Shown here one piece after another: positions 8,000-16,552 of a stretch of 42,444 bases of DNA. Each line of letters begins with the position of its first letter. The stretch's first letter is position 1. Origin of the DNA: a virus; IMG/VR virus record IMGVR_UViG_3300012347_000185, positions 1-42,444 of that record; one strand, given 5' to 3'. The notes beneath the pieces were generated by a model, which had not been told where the DNA came from, made no database searches, and was given only the letters and a program-made list of their open reading frames with translations. A program made the translations under genes and the position numbers.

Positions 8000-8331
8000 C
8001 CCGTGCCTTCTTTGGTGGCCAGATGCCACTGTTCCCTGAGATCGAACCTCCGGTTACCCCTCAGGAAGATGAAGCCTTCAACGAGCTGTCAAAGGCTCAG
8101 AAGGAATACATCAAGGCCATTGGTACCGACCCTTTGTCAGAACAGGTTGGTGGTAACCACTACAAGATGCTGGCCATCCAGCCTATCGAGTACATCACCA
8201 AGAACAACCTTGGCTACTGCGAGGCCAACGTGGTGAAGTACATCTCCCGCTGGCGTGATAAGGGCGGCAAGAAGGATCTTGAGAAGGCCAAGCACTACAT
8301 TGACCTACTGATTCAACTAGAGAACCTATGA
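7987..8331 (+). CDS. DUF3310-like phage protein
   Basis: GGNHYK...IQPIEYI...ANVVKYISRWRDKGGKKDLEKAKHYIDLL fits my memory of the DUF3310 pattern. Confidence 0.7.
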   Translation: MDPMTRAFFGGQMPLFPEIEPPVTPQEDEAFNELSKAQKEYIKAIGTDPLSEQVGGNHYKMLAIQPIEYITKNNLGYCEANVVKYISRWRDKGGKKDLEKAKHYIDLLIQLENL

Positions 8332-8642
8332 AATTCAACGAGTATCAGGACATCGCTCTTTCATTCCGCCTCAAGACTGCCGATGAGCAGTACGCCATGC
8401 TGAACCTGGCAGGCGAGGTCGGTGAGCTTATGTCCCACGAAGCCAAGATGATCCGAGATGGTGGGAACATTGGTATGCACCTAGAGAACATCAAGAAGGA
8501 ACTTGGTGACATCCTGTGGTGCGTCTCTGCAATTGCACGAGACAATGGCTTCGACCTCGATGAGGTGGCCCAAGGTAACATCGACAAACTAACCCGCCGC
8601 AAGGCAAACAATACAATAAAAGGCTCAGGTGACGACCGTTAA
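8328..8642 (+). CDS. mazG: MazG-like nucleotide pyrophosphohydrolase
   Basis: 104 aa. LAGEVGEL...ELGDILW...IDKL..R matches the small MazG/NTP-PPase helical pattern. Confidence 0.85.
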   Translation: MKFNEYQDIALSFRLKTADEQYAMLNLAGEVGELMSHEAKMIRDGGNIGMHLENIKKELGDILWCVSAIARDNGFDLDEVAQGNIDKLTRRKANNTIKGSGDDR

Positions 8643-10614
8643 TCCATCCCTCCGTGCTCAGCTAATTACTCGCCGCACATACAACCGCCCTACCGACGAC
8701 ACTGGTAAGAACTTTGAGACCTGGGGTCAGACTGTAGATCGAGTGATCGATCACCAGCGTTGGCTCTGGGATCGTGCAGGTGCCAGCACTGTGGACAACA
8801 GTGAACTGGAAGAACTCCGCACCCTCATGATGGAGCGCAAAGTTCTCATGTCTGGTAGATCCCTCTGGCTTGGCGGCACTGACGTTGCCAAGAAGCGTGA
8901 GGCCTCTCAATTTAACTGTAGCTTTACAAATGCTGAAACCGTTCAAGATCTTGTGGACATCCTGTGGCTATTACTGCAGGGTTGTGGCGTTGGCTTCTCT
9001 CCTATTGTTGGGCAGCTTACAGGATTTCCTAAGCCAATTTCGGAATTCCAGGTAATCAAATCTACCCGGACTGACAAAGGTGGACAGCAAGGAAACTCCG
9101 AAACCTATGACCCAGCAACCGGAACATGGACCATCACTGTCGGAGACTCCGCAGAAGCCTGGGCCAAGTCCATTGGTAAGCTGGCCGCACATCCATATCC
9201 CGCCCGTAAACTTGTACTCGATTTCTCGCAGATTCGTCCTGCAGGTGAACGTCTGAAGGGTTACGGCTGGATCTCTTCTGGTGATGCTGCCATCGCCAAA
9301 GCATATGAATCAATTTTTCACATTCTTAACCGCCGTGCTGGCAGTTTGCTTACTCGGATTGATATCCTTGATATTGTCAATTGGCTTGGCACTGTACTCA
9401 GCTCTCGACGCTCTGCGGAAATTGCTCTGTTCGCCTATGGTGAAGACGAGTGGCAAGAGTTCGCTGTAGCCAAGAAGGACTGGTGGGTCAATAACATCCA
9501 ACGTGCCCAGTCGAACAACTCCCTGTTGTTCAAGACCAAGCCCCTTCGGACTGAGCTGGAGCACATCTTCGATATGATGGTGGAAGCGGGTGGCTCTGAG
9601 CCAGGCTTCATCAACGGCCAGACCGCAACCAAACGTGCCCCGTGGTTCAAAGGCTGCAACCCCTGTGCAGAGATCCTGCTGGGTAACAAGTCTTTCTGTA
9701 ACCTGACGGAGGTTGATGTTGGAAAATTCAAGGGTGACTCTTCGGGACTTCGTCGAGCAGTCCATATTGCCTCACGTGCAAACTACCGACAGACCTGTGT
9801 GGATCTTCATGACGGAATTCTCCAAGAAGCCTGGCACCTTAACAATGACTTCCTGCGGCTCTGTGGAGTGGGCCTTACAGGTATCGTTCGACGGCCTGAC
9901 TTGGGATCATACGACTACGAAGAACTGCAGCGAACAGCTACTGCCGGGGCTTATTCGATGGCTGATCAGCTTGGGACTCCACGACCTAAGAACATTACCA
10001 CCATCAAACCTTCCGGGACGCTGTCTAAGATCATGGATACTACTGAGGGGGTCCACAAACCCCTAGGCAAGTACGTGTTCAACAACGTGAACTTCTCGAA
10101 GTACGACCCTCTGGTCCCCCTGTGCCGTGCTGCAGGCTACCGTGTGTTTGACAACCCGACTGACTCTGAGTCTGTCCTGATCACCTTCCCGGTGAGCTGG
10201 GATGACGTACCCTTCGACAAGTTCCAGAAGGAGATCAACGGTCGTGAGCATACCCTTGAGGTGAACCTTGAGTCGGCCATTGGCCAGCTCGATCGCTACA
10301 AGATGCTCATGGAATCCTGGTGCCAGCAGAACGTCTCAGCGACCATCTCCTACTCGGTCGATGAGGTCCCGGCCATCATTGATTGGCTGATGGACAACTG
10401 GAACGTGTATGTGGGCGTGAGCTTCCTGTTCCGTGCCGATCCCACAAAGACGGCTGCAGATTTAGGTTATCGTTACCTCCCCCAAGAGGTGGTGACCAAG
10501 GAAGTGTTTGATGAATACGCTTCTCGTATTGCTCCTCTGGAGATTGACCGGGCTAACAGCTTTGACGAGATCCAAGGTGAAGATTGTTCAACTGGGGCAT
10601 GTCCCATCCGCTAA
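8629..10614 (+). CDS. Ribonucleotide reductase large (catalytic) protein, single ORF, class II-like
   Basis: 661 aa, GTG start. LQGCGVGFS, active-site NPCAEI, KPSGTLS, C-terminal Cys pair CSTGACPIR. No separate beta-subunit ORF seen. Class cannot be settled by eye. Confidence 0.8.
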   Translation: MTTVNPSLRAQLITRRTYNRPTDDTGKNFETWGQTVDRVIDHQRWLWDRAGASTVDNSELEELRTLMMERKVLMSGRSLWLGGTDVAKKREASQFNCSFTNAETVQDLVDILWLLLQGCGVGFSPIVGQLTGFPKPISEFQVIKSTRTDKGGQQGNSETYDPATGTWTITVGDSAEAWAKSIGKLAAHPYPARKLVLDFSQIRPAGERLKGYGWISSGDAAIAKAYESIFHILNRRAGSLLTRIDILDIVNWLGTVLSSRRSAEIALFAYGEDEWQEFAVAKKDWWVNNIQRAQSNNSLLFKTKPLRTELEHIFDMMVEAGGSEPGFINGQTATKRAPWFKGCNPCAEILLGNKSFCNLTEVDVGKFKGDSSGLRRAVHIASRANYRQTCVDLHDGILQEAWHLNNDFLRLCGVGLTGIVRRPDLGSYDYEELQRTATAGAYSMADQLGTPRPKNITTIKPSGTLSKIMDTTEGVHKPLGKYVFNNVNFSKYDPLVPLCRAAGYRVFDNPTDSESVLITFPVSWDDVPFDKFQKEINGREHTLEVNLESAIGQLDRYKMLMESWCQQNVSATISYSVDEVPAIIDWLMDNWNVYVGVSFLFRADPTKTAADLGYRYLPQEVVTKEVFDEYASRIAPLEIDRANSFDEIQGEDCSTGACPIR

Positions 10615-11297
10615 TGGCAACTAAACGCACATCGAAGTACCGTGCTAAGGAGGGGGAGGGTCGTCAGATCGTCCTCCTCCCGAAGAACGAAAACCAAGCC
10701 GCCTACATCAAGGCCCTCAAAACTTCTGACCAAGTCATCGTGACGGGTCCAGCAGGGACAGGCAAGACCTTCATTGCGTCTACCTATGCCGCCACCCTGT
10801 TTGCCCAAGGGAAGATCGACAAGATCATCCTGACCCGTCCTAACGTGGCCTCTGGTCGGTCTCTGGGTTTCTTCCCAGGCACCATGGAAGAGAAGATGGC
10901 CCCGTGGGTTATTCCGTTCACAGATGTGCTTCACGCCTGTCTGGGGGAGGGTGCCTTCAATATCGCAATGCAGAAGAAACAGATCGACATCGTCCCCTTC
11001 GAGGTGATGCGTGGCCGAACTTTCAACAATGCATTCGTGATCTTGGACGAGGCACAGAACACATCTCCAGCAGAGATGAAGATGTTCCTCACCCGGATTG
11101 GTGATGAGTCGAAAGTACTCCTTAATGGAGACATCAAGCAGTCAGACCTTCGGTCAACCTCTGGCCTGAAGACCATCATCGACATGATTCAAAAGCAGAA
11201 GATGCCCGTAGACCACATCGAATTTACCGTGGATGACATCGTCAGATCCGGTATTTGTGCCATGTGGGTCAAAGCCTTTGACAAAATTGGCATCTAA
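10614..11297 (+). CDS. phoH: PhoH-like ATPase
   Basis: TAATG stop/start overlap with the RNR gene. Walker A GPAGTGKTF, ILTRP, ILDEAQN. Confidence 0.9.
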   Translation: MATKRTSKYRAKEGEGRQIVLLPKNENQAAYIKALKTSDQVIVTGPAGTGKTFIASTYAATLFAQGKIDKIILTRPNVASGRSLGFFPGTMEEKMAPWVIPFTDVLHACLGEGAFNIAMQKKQIDIVPFEVMRGRTFNNAFVILDEAQNTSPAEMKMFLTRIGDESKVLLNGDIKQSDLRSTSGLKTIIDMIQKQKMPVDHIEFTVDDIVRSGICAMWVKAFDKIGI

Positions 11298-11316
11298 TGG
11301 TTGCCCAATTGGAAGA
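11297..11316 (+). promoter_or_regulatory. Candidate phage-RNAP promoter, copy 3 (ATGGTTGCCCAATTGGAAGA)
   Basis: Starts at the last base of the phoH stop codon. First motif copy upstream of the structural block. Confidence 0.6.
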
Positions 11317-11318
11317 CT

Positions 11319-11507
11319 ATGGATAACTTAAAGTTCCCAAAGATCTCTAAAGAATTACTTGAGGTGTTAGAATTGAGATTTCCTGATCGATCCCCAGATC
11401 TTCAGGACCCTGTGGATGCCATTAGGTTCCAGTCGGGGCAGGTCTCGGTCGTAAGACTAATTCGGCACCACTTCAACTTACAGAACCAGAACATTCTGGA
11501 GAAATGA
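11319..11507 (+). CDS. Hypothetical protein (62 aa)
   Basis: Internal ATG (MDNLKF...) chosen because the annotated upstream start lies inside the promoter motif. Confidence 0.5.
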   Translation: MDNLKFPKISKELLEVLELRFPDRSPDLQDPVDAIRFQSGQVSVVRLIRHHFNLQNQNILEK

Positions 11508-11510
11508 CTT

Positions 11511-11726
11511 ATGTGCCTCTTCGGCTCTTCTAAATCCGCACCCCCTCCTCCAGCCCCAGCGCCTGCCGCTCCTGCTGCTCCATTGACCAGCGTGGCCCCT
11601 GCTGAGGGCAGCAACCGTAAGGATGCCAGTACGCTCTCGGCAAACCGTGGCCGTGGTTCCCTCCGTATTGACCGCACCATGACTGACACAGGCTCTACTG
11701 GTAGCGGCCTGAACATTCCCGTTTAA
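11511..11726 (+). CDS. Hypothetical Pro/Ala-rich small protein (71 aa), pre-portal position
   Basis: Tightly spaced with its neighbours. APPPPAPAPAAPAAP low-complexity tract, no family recognised. Confidence 0.5.
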   Translation: MCLFGSSKSAPPPPAPAPAAPAAPLTSVAPAEGSNRKDASTLSANRGRGSLRIDRTMTDTGSTGSGLNIPV

Positions 11727-11734
11727 GGTAGTCA

Positions 11735-13327
11735 ATGGACGAGAAGAACGAAAATGAGCAGAAGGTAACAGCTGCGGCTCTATACGAGAGACTCTCGACG
11801 GATGACCGTCAGAGCTTCTTGGACCGTGCTCGGGACTGCTCCAAATATACAATCCCAACCCTTATTCCGCCTAGCGGCCATTCAAGCGGCACCAAGTATT
11901 ACACTCCCTATCAGGGTATTGGTGCTCGTGGTGTAAACAACCTGGCCTCAAAGCTGCTCCTCGCGCTTCTCCCTCCAAACTCCCCGTTCTTCCGTCTCCA
12001 GATTGATGACTTCACTCTGGAGCAGATGACCCAACAGGAAGGCATGAGGGCCAACGTTGAGGAAGGCCTGAACAAGATCGAACGGTCCGTCCAGTCTGAG
12101 ATCGAATCTGGAGCAATCCGGGTGTCTGGCTTTGAAGCTATGAAGCATCTCTTGGTTGGTGGTAACGCCTTGCTGTATCTCCCCGACGAGGGCGGTATGC
12201 GAGTGTTCCCCCTTGAGAAGTATGTTGTTCGACGTGACCCGATGGGCAACGTGCTGGACCTGCTTGTCAAAGAGTGCATCGCTGAAGACGCTTTGCCCAA
12301 GGACATCCGTGCGATGCTCCAAGGACCTGACGGCCAAGAGAAGAAGATCTCCGGTAAGAAAGACGTTGATCTGTACACCCACGTCCATCTCGAAGATGGC
12401 AAGTGGAAGGTGTATCAGGAAATCAAGGGTTCTATTGTTCCCGGCTCCGAAGGTACATACCCCAAGGACAAGTCCCCATGGATTCCCGTTCGCTTCACTA
12501 AGGTGGACGGCGAGAACTATGGCCGCTCCTATGTGGAAGAATACCTGGGCGATGTGAAGTCTCTCGAAGGCCTGTCTCAGTCCATCGTTGAAGGCTCCGC
12601 TGCTGCAGCCAAGGTCCTGTTCATGGTGAACCCTAACGGGACCACTAGCCAACGCGATATCGCTGAGGCTGCAAACGGTGACATCATTGAAGGTAACGAT
12701 CAGGACGTGTCTGTCCTCCAGCTCAACAAGTTTAACGACTTCCGTGTGGCTCTGGAGACGGCAACCCGTATCGAGGAACGCCTTGCTTTTGCCTTCCTGC
12801 TGAACTCCTCAGTCCAGCGTAATGGTGAGCGTGTCACTGCCGAAGAGATCCGGTACATGGCCAACGAGTTGGAATCAGCTCTTGGTGGTATCTACTCGAT
12901 CCTCTCGCAGGAGATGCAGCTCCCAATGGTGAACCGAATCATGTTCTCCATGGAACGCAAGAAGAAGATGCCAGTGCTCCCTAAGGGCACCGTCAAGCCT
13001 GTCATCGTGACTGGTATTGAAGCCCTTGGCCGTGGCAACGACATGACCAAGCTACAGTCCTTCTTCCAAGCTGCCTCCCTGATGGCCAACCTGCCTCCCG
13101 AGATCAATCGTGAGGATGCCCTGAAGCGTCTCGGTACCTCTCTGGGTATCGACATGAAGGGTCTGGTGAAGTCAGCAGAGCAGATGCAGGCTGAGCAAGA
13201 ACAGGCACAGATGATGGCTATGATGCAGCAGGGCTTGAACCCAGCAATTAGTCAAGCTGGCCAGCTCATGAAGCAAGGCATGGCCAATTCCGCACAACCC
13301 CCTGAACAAGGAGCACCTGGTGGCTAA
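11735..13327 (+). CDS. Portal (head-tail connector, T7 gp8-like)
   Basis: 530 aa. YTPYQGIGARGVNNLASKLLLALLPPNSPFFRL parallels the T7 gp8 N-terminal region. Position before the scaffold gene. Confidence 0.95.
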   Translation: MDEKNENEQKVTAAALYERLSTDDRQSFLDRARDCSKYTIPTLIPPSGHSSGTKYYTPYQGIGARGVNNLASKLLLALLPPNSPFFRLQIDDFTLEQMTQQEGMRANVEEGLNKIERSVQSEIESGAIRVSGFEAMKHLLVGGNALLYLPDEGGMRVFPLEKYVVRRDPMGNVLDLLVKECIAEDALPKDIRAMLQGPDGQEKKISGKKDVDLYTHVHLEDGKWKVYQEIKGSIVPGSEGTYPKDKSPWIPVRFTKVDGENYGRSYVEEYLGDVKSLEGLSQSIVEGSAAAAKVLFMVNPNGTTSQRDIAEAANGDIIEGNDQDVSVLQLNKFNDFRVALETATRIEERLAFAFLLNSSVQRNGERVTAEEIRYMANELESALGGIYSILSQEMQLPMVNRIMFSMERKKKMPVLPKGTVKPVIVTGIEALGRGNDMTKLQSFFQAASLMANLPPEINREDALKRLGTSLGIDMKGLVKSAEQMQAEQEQAQMMAMMQQGLNPAISQAGQLMKQGMANSAQPPEQGAPGG

Positions 13328-13502
13328 TGCTAATCCAGCGAGTGCTGCCCCTAAGAAAACCCCTAAGGCTCCTTCACAGGAGTCTGGGGGTCCCAAGATC
13401 GAGTATTTTGGTGAGGGTGCAGAGAAAGTTAAATTTACAGTAGATCCCAAAGCTACCTCCATTCGCGTTTATGCCAATGGGTTGGTGTTGACGGACTACT
13501 AA
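13320..13502 (+). CDS. Hypothetical protein (60 aa)
   Basis: GTG start overlapping the portal stop by 8 nt. Sequence is protein-like but no family recognised. Confidence 0.4.
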   Translation: MANANPASAAPKKTPKAPSQESGGPKIEYFGEGAEKVKFTVDPKATSIRVYANGLVLTDY

Positions 13503-13512
13503 TAGGAAACCA

Positions 13513-14301
13513 ATGGTTGATACTGTAGTTATTCAGAGTACTCCCCCGGCTACCCCGGAGGATCATGATCAGAAGATGATTGATAAGGTCGATGCGGCCT
13601 CCAATCCTCCCGTCGAGGGAACTGAAGGTACTCCCCCTGAGGATCGTCCCCAGTGGCTCCCGGAGAAGTTTAAGTCTCCTGAGGATATGGCCAAGGCCTA
13701 CTCCGAACTGGAAGCCAAGCTGGGCCAGGCTAAGCCTGCTGATCCTCCTGCGGCAGATCCTGCAGCTACCCCTCCAGCCGACCCTGAAGCTGCTCTTGCA
13801 GACAAGGGTCTGGATCTGCAGGACTTCTCCAATGAGTTCGCTCAGTCGGGTGAGTTGTCTGCAGAGAGCTATGAGAAGCTGGGCAAGGCTGGCTATTCCC
13901 GCCAGATCGTTGACCAGTACATTGAAGGCCAACGTGCTGTTGCAGCTCGATTCGAGACTGACATCATGACTGAAGTCGGTGGTGCTGAGAAGTACACCGA
14001 GATCACGAGCTGGGCCAAGGCCAACCTGACCCCCACAGAGATCGCTGCGTACAATGCTGCAGTCTCTTCGGGTAATGCAGATCAGGCCAAGCTGGCTGCT
14101 CTGGGCTTGGGTGCCAAGTTTGAGAAGGCGAACGGGTCTGACCCCAAGCGTCTCTTGGGTGGCCAGAGTGCTGGTACCACTGGTGATGTCTTTGAGTCTA
14201 TGGCTCAGGTGACTGCTGCCATGAAGGACCCACTGTACAAGGCTGACCCTGCATTCCGTGCAAAAGTTCAGGCCAAGTTGGCACGATCAAACGTGATCTA
14301 A
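13513..14301 (+). CDS. Scaffolding protein (T7 gp9 position)
   Basis: 262 aa, acidic, Pro/Ala-rich and helical, between portal and capsid. Confidence 0.8.
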   Translation: MVDTVVIQSTPPATPEDHDQKMIDKVDAASNPPVEGTEGTPPEDRPQWLPEKFKSPEDMAKAYSELEAKLGQAKPADPPAADPAATPPADPEAALADKGLDLQDFSNEFAQSGELSAESYEKLGKAGYSRQIVDQYIEGQRAVAARFETDIMTEVGGAEKYTEITSWAKANLTPTEIAAYNAAVSSGNADQAKLAALGLGAKFEKANGSDPKRLLGGQSAGTTGDVFESMAQVTAAMKDPLYKADPAFRAKVQAKLARSNVI

Positions 14302-14311
14302 AGGTATACCA

Positions 14312-14701
14312 ATGAACCCCCTTCTCCTCGGAGGTTTCTTTGACCTCGCGGGGAAGGTCTTTGACAAGATCTTTCCCAACCCACAGCAGGCTGCAGAAGC
14401 CAAGCTGAAACTCTTTGAGATGCAGCAGGCGGGTGAGCTTAAAGTTCTCGCTGGCCAAGTTGATATCATTACTGCTGAAGCTAAGAGTGAATCATGGCTG
14501 GCGGCAAGCTGGCGACCTATCACAATGTTGGTCTTTACAGGCCTCATTGTCGCACGGTGGTTTGGCTGGGCAGCGCCCAATCTTTCCCCTGAAGAGTACA
14601 TCAAGCTCTGGAGTATCGTGGAGCTGGGACTCGGCGGCTATGTTATTGGCCGAAGTGTCGAGAAGATTGCACCAGCTATTGCTACTGCCTTTAAGAAATA
14701 A
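14312..14701 (+). CDS. Putative holin, GTA-type 3TM holin family-like
   Basis: N-terminal FDKIFPNPQQAAEAKLKLFEMQQAGEL...AEAKSESWLAASWRP followed by hydrophobic segments. This matches my memory of the DUF3154/GTA_holin_3TM pattern. Confidence 0.55.
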   Translation: MNPLLLGGFFDLAGKVFDKIFPNPQQAAEAKLKLFEMQQAGELKVLAGQVDIITAEAKSESWLAASWRPITMLVFTGLIVARWFGWAAPNLSPEEYIKLWSIVELGLGGYVIGRSVEKIAPAIATAFKK

Positions 14702-14937
14702 TCCTACTACCTTAGGAACGTTGTCACCACGGTAAGGTGTCTGACAGCTCGGAAAGACGGCACTATTCTCGTGATCAATGAAGTTATTCCGCACTGCATT
14801 CTTATGCGGTGGAATTGCAATTCTTAGAACTGATAACACGTACCTTAGCCTCTGCGGAGACAACTACTGTGTGAAGTGTGTCGGGTCGATGAGTTTGCTC
14901 AACAAACTTTCTTCAACTCACACGAGATTAAAATATT

Positions 14938-15891
14938 ATGGCTAACGCTACCGTTTCGCGGATTGGTTCCGCTAACCAGGGTTCCGACAAGTCGGCCCTG
15001 TTCCTCAAAGTTTTCGCTGGTGAAGTTCTCACCGCCTTCGAAGAGGCCACCGTAACTGCTGGTCGTTTCATGGAGCGCACTATTGCCTCTGGCAAGTCTG
15101 CTCAGTTCCCTATCATGGCTGGCATTTCTGCTGAGTACCATGTGCCTGGTACTGAGATCGTTGGTGCCAACGTGAACCACAACGAAATCGTTGTGACCAT
15201 CGATGACCTGTTGATCTCTCACGCCTTCTTGGCGAACATCGACGAGGCCATGAACCACTATGACGTTCGTGCTCCTTACTCGACTGAGATTGGCCGTGCC
15301 TTGGCTTATGCTAAGGACAAGCAGTTGCTGCAGTTGGCCCTGTTGGCCGCTCGTGGCTCCGCACCTGTGACTGGCGAACCCGCTGGTGGCTCGGTGACTT
15401 CTGGCACTATGTTGTCGGACGCTACTGGTGAAGCCCTGGTTGCTTCCTTGTTCGCCGCTGCTCAGAAGTTGGACGAGAAGAACGTTGCTGCCGATGGCCG
15501 CACTGCCTTCTTGGCTCCTGCTGCTTACTACCTGTTGGCCCAGAACACCAAGATCATGAACAAGGATTGGGGTGGTGCTGGTGTGTACAGCGATGGTAAG
15601 GTGCTGCGTGTTGCTGGCATCGAGATCGTCAAGACTAACCACGCTCCTTTCGGCACTACCGTTGCTAACGGCACCGTGCAGGCTGGTACTGGTAACAAGT
15701 ACGCTGGTGTGTTCACTAACTCCGTTGGTGTTGTGGCCACTAAGGAAGCTGTCGGTACCGTCAAGTTGATGGATCTGGCAATGGAATCCGAGTACGACAT
15801 CCGCCGTCAGGGTACTCTGATGGTCGCTAAGTACGCTATGGGCCACGGTGTCCTGCGTCCTGCTTGCGCTATCGAACTGAAGACCGCCTAA
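14938..15891 (+). CDS. Major capsid protein (T7 gp10-like)
   Basis: DKSALFLKVFAGEVLTAFEEATVT..RFMERTIASGKSAQFPIM parallels T7 gp10A. Confidence 0.95.
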   Translation: MANATVSRIGSANQGSDKSALFLKVFAGEVLTAFEEATVTAGRFMERTIASGKSAQFPIMAGISAEYHVPGTEIVGANVNHNEIVVTIDDLLISHAFLANIDEAMNHYDVRAPYSTEIGRALAYAKDKQLLQLALLAARGSAPVTGEPAGGSVTSGTMLSDATGEALVASLFAAAQKLDEKNVAADGRTAFLAPAAYYLLAQNTKIMNKDWGGAGVYSDGKVLRVAGIEIVKTNHAPFGTTVANGTVQAGTGNKYAGVFTNSVGVVATKEAVGTVKLMDLAMESEYDIRRQGTLMVAKYAMGHGVLRPACAIELKTA

Positions 15892-15906
15892 TAACGGCTG
15901 ACCCTA

Positions 15907-15947
15907 AAGGGGGAATCTCATTAACTTGGGGTTCCCCCTTTTTTTTA
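15907..15947 (+). terminator. Stem-loop terminator after the capsid gene
   Basis: AAGGGGGAA (15907-15915) pairs with TTCCCCCTT (15932-15940), followed by a T run. Confidence 0.8.
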
Positions 15948-15961
15948 TTTATAGGTATACC

Positions 15962-16549
15962 ATGGCTCTTTCTATGACCTCAGAGCTTGATGCGATTAAC
16001 ATCATGCTTGGTACGATTGGCGAATCTCCAATCAACTCCCTCGATGCCGCTACTGGCGTTGTGGATGCTGTCACCGCTCGTGCGATCCTGTCTGAAGTCT
16101 CTGTTCAGGTTCAAGAAGAGGGCTGGCATTTCAATACTGACTACGAGTTCGAACTGACTCCTGCCCTGGGCACCAAGGAGATCTACGTTGCTGCCAACAC
16201 CATTGAGGTGGATGCCAGTGCGTATGACAAGAACGATATTGACGTAGCTATTCGCGGTAACCGTCTCTACGACCGCAAGAACAAGACATACGAATTCCAG
16301 CAGCCCATCAAGGCTGACCTGACGATTCTCCTAGAATTCAATGAGTTGCCCCAGGCAGCTCGTCACTACATCACCGTCCGTGCTGCCCGAGTGTTCCAGC
16401 AGCGTGTTGTCGGTTCTGATACCCTTGGCAGTTTCACAGAGAGGGACGAAGCACGAGCACTCCGCTCCATGCGCCGTTACGAATCTAAGACTGCAGACTA
16501 CAACATCCTCACTGGAAATTACTCAGTGATGCGGACTATTGATCGCTAA
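15962..16549 (+). CDS. Tail tubular protein A (T7 gp11-like)
   Basis: ELDAINIMLGTIGESPINSLD, GWHFN, ARHYITVRAARVFQQR parallel T7 gp11. Internal ATG chosen downstream of the terminator. Confidence 0.9.
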   Translation: MALSMTSELDAINIMLGTIGESPINSLDAATGVVDAVTARAILSEVSVQVQEEGWHFNTDYEFELTPALGTKEIYVAANTIEVDASAYDKNDIDVAIRGNRLYDRKNKTYEFQQPIKADLTILLEFNELPQAARHYITVRAARVFQQRVVGSDTLGSFTERDEARALRSMRRYESKTADYNILTGNYSVMRTIDR

Positions 16550-16552
16550 ACT

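Noticed and set aside
15840-15960. T7-style -1 frameshift extension of the capsid protein (10A/10B)
   Set aside because: There is no slippery heptamer near the 3' end of the gene. The stop is followed by TAATAA and then directly by a terminator hairpin.
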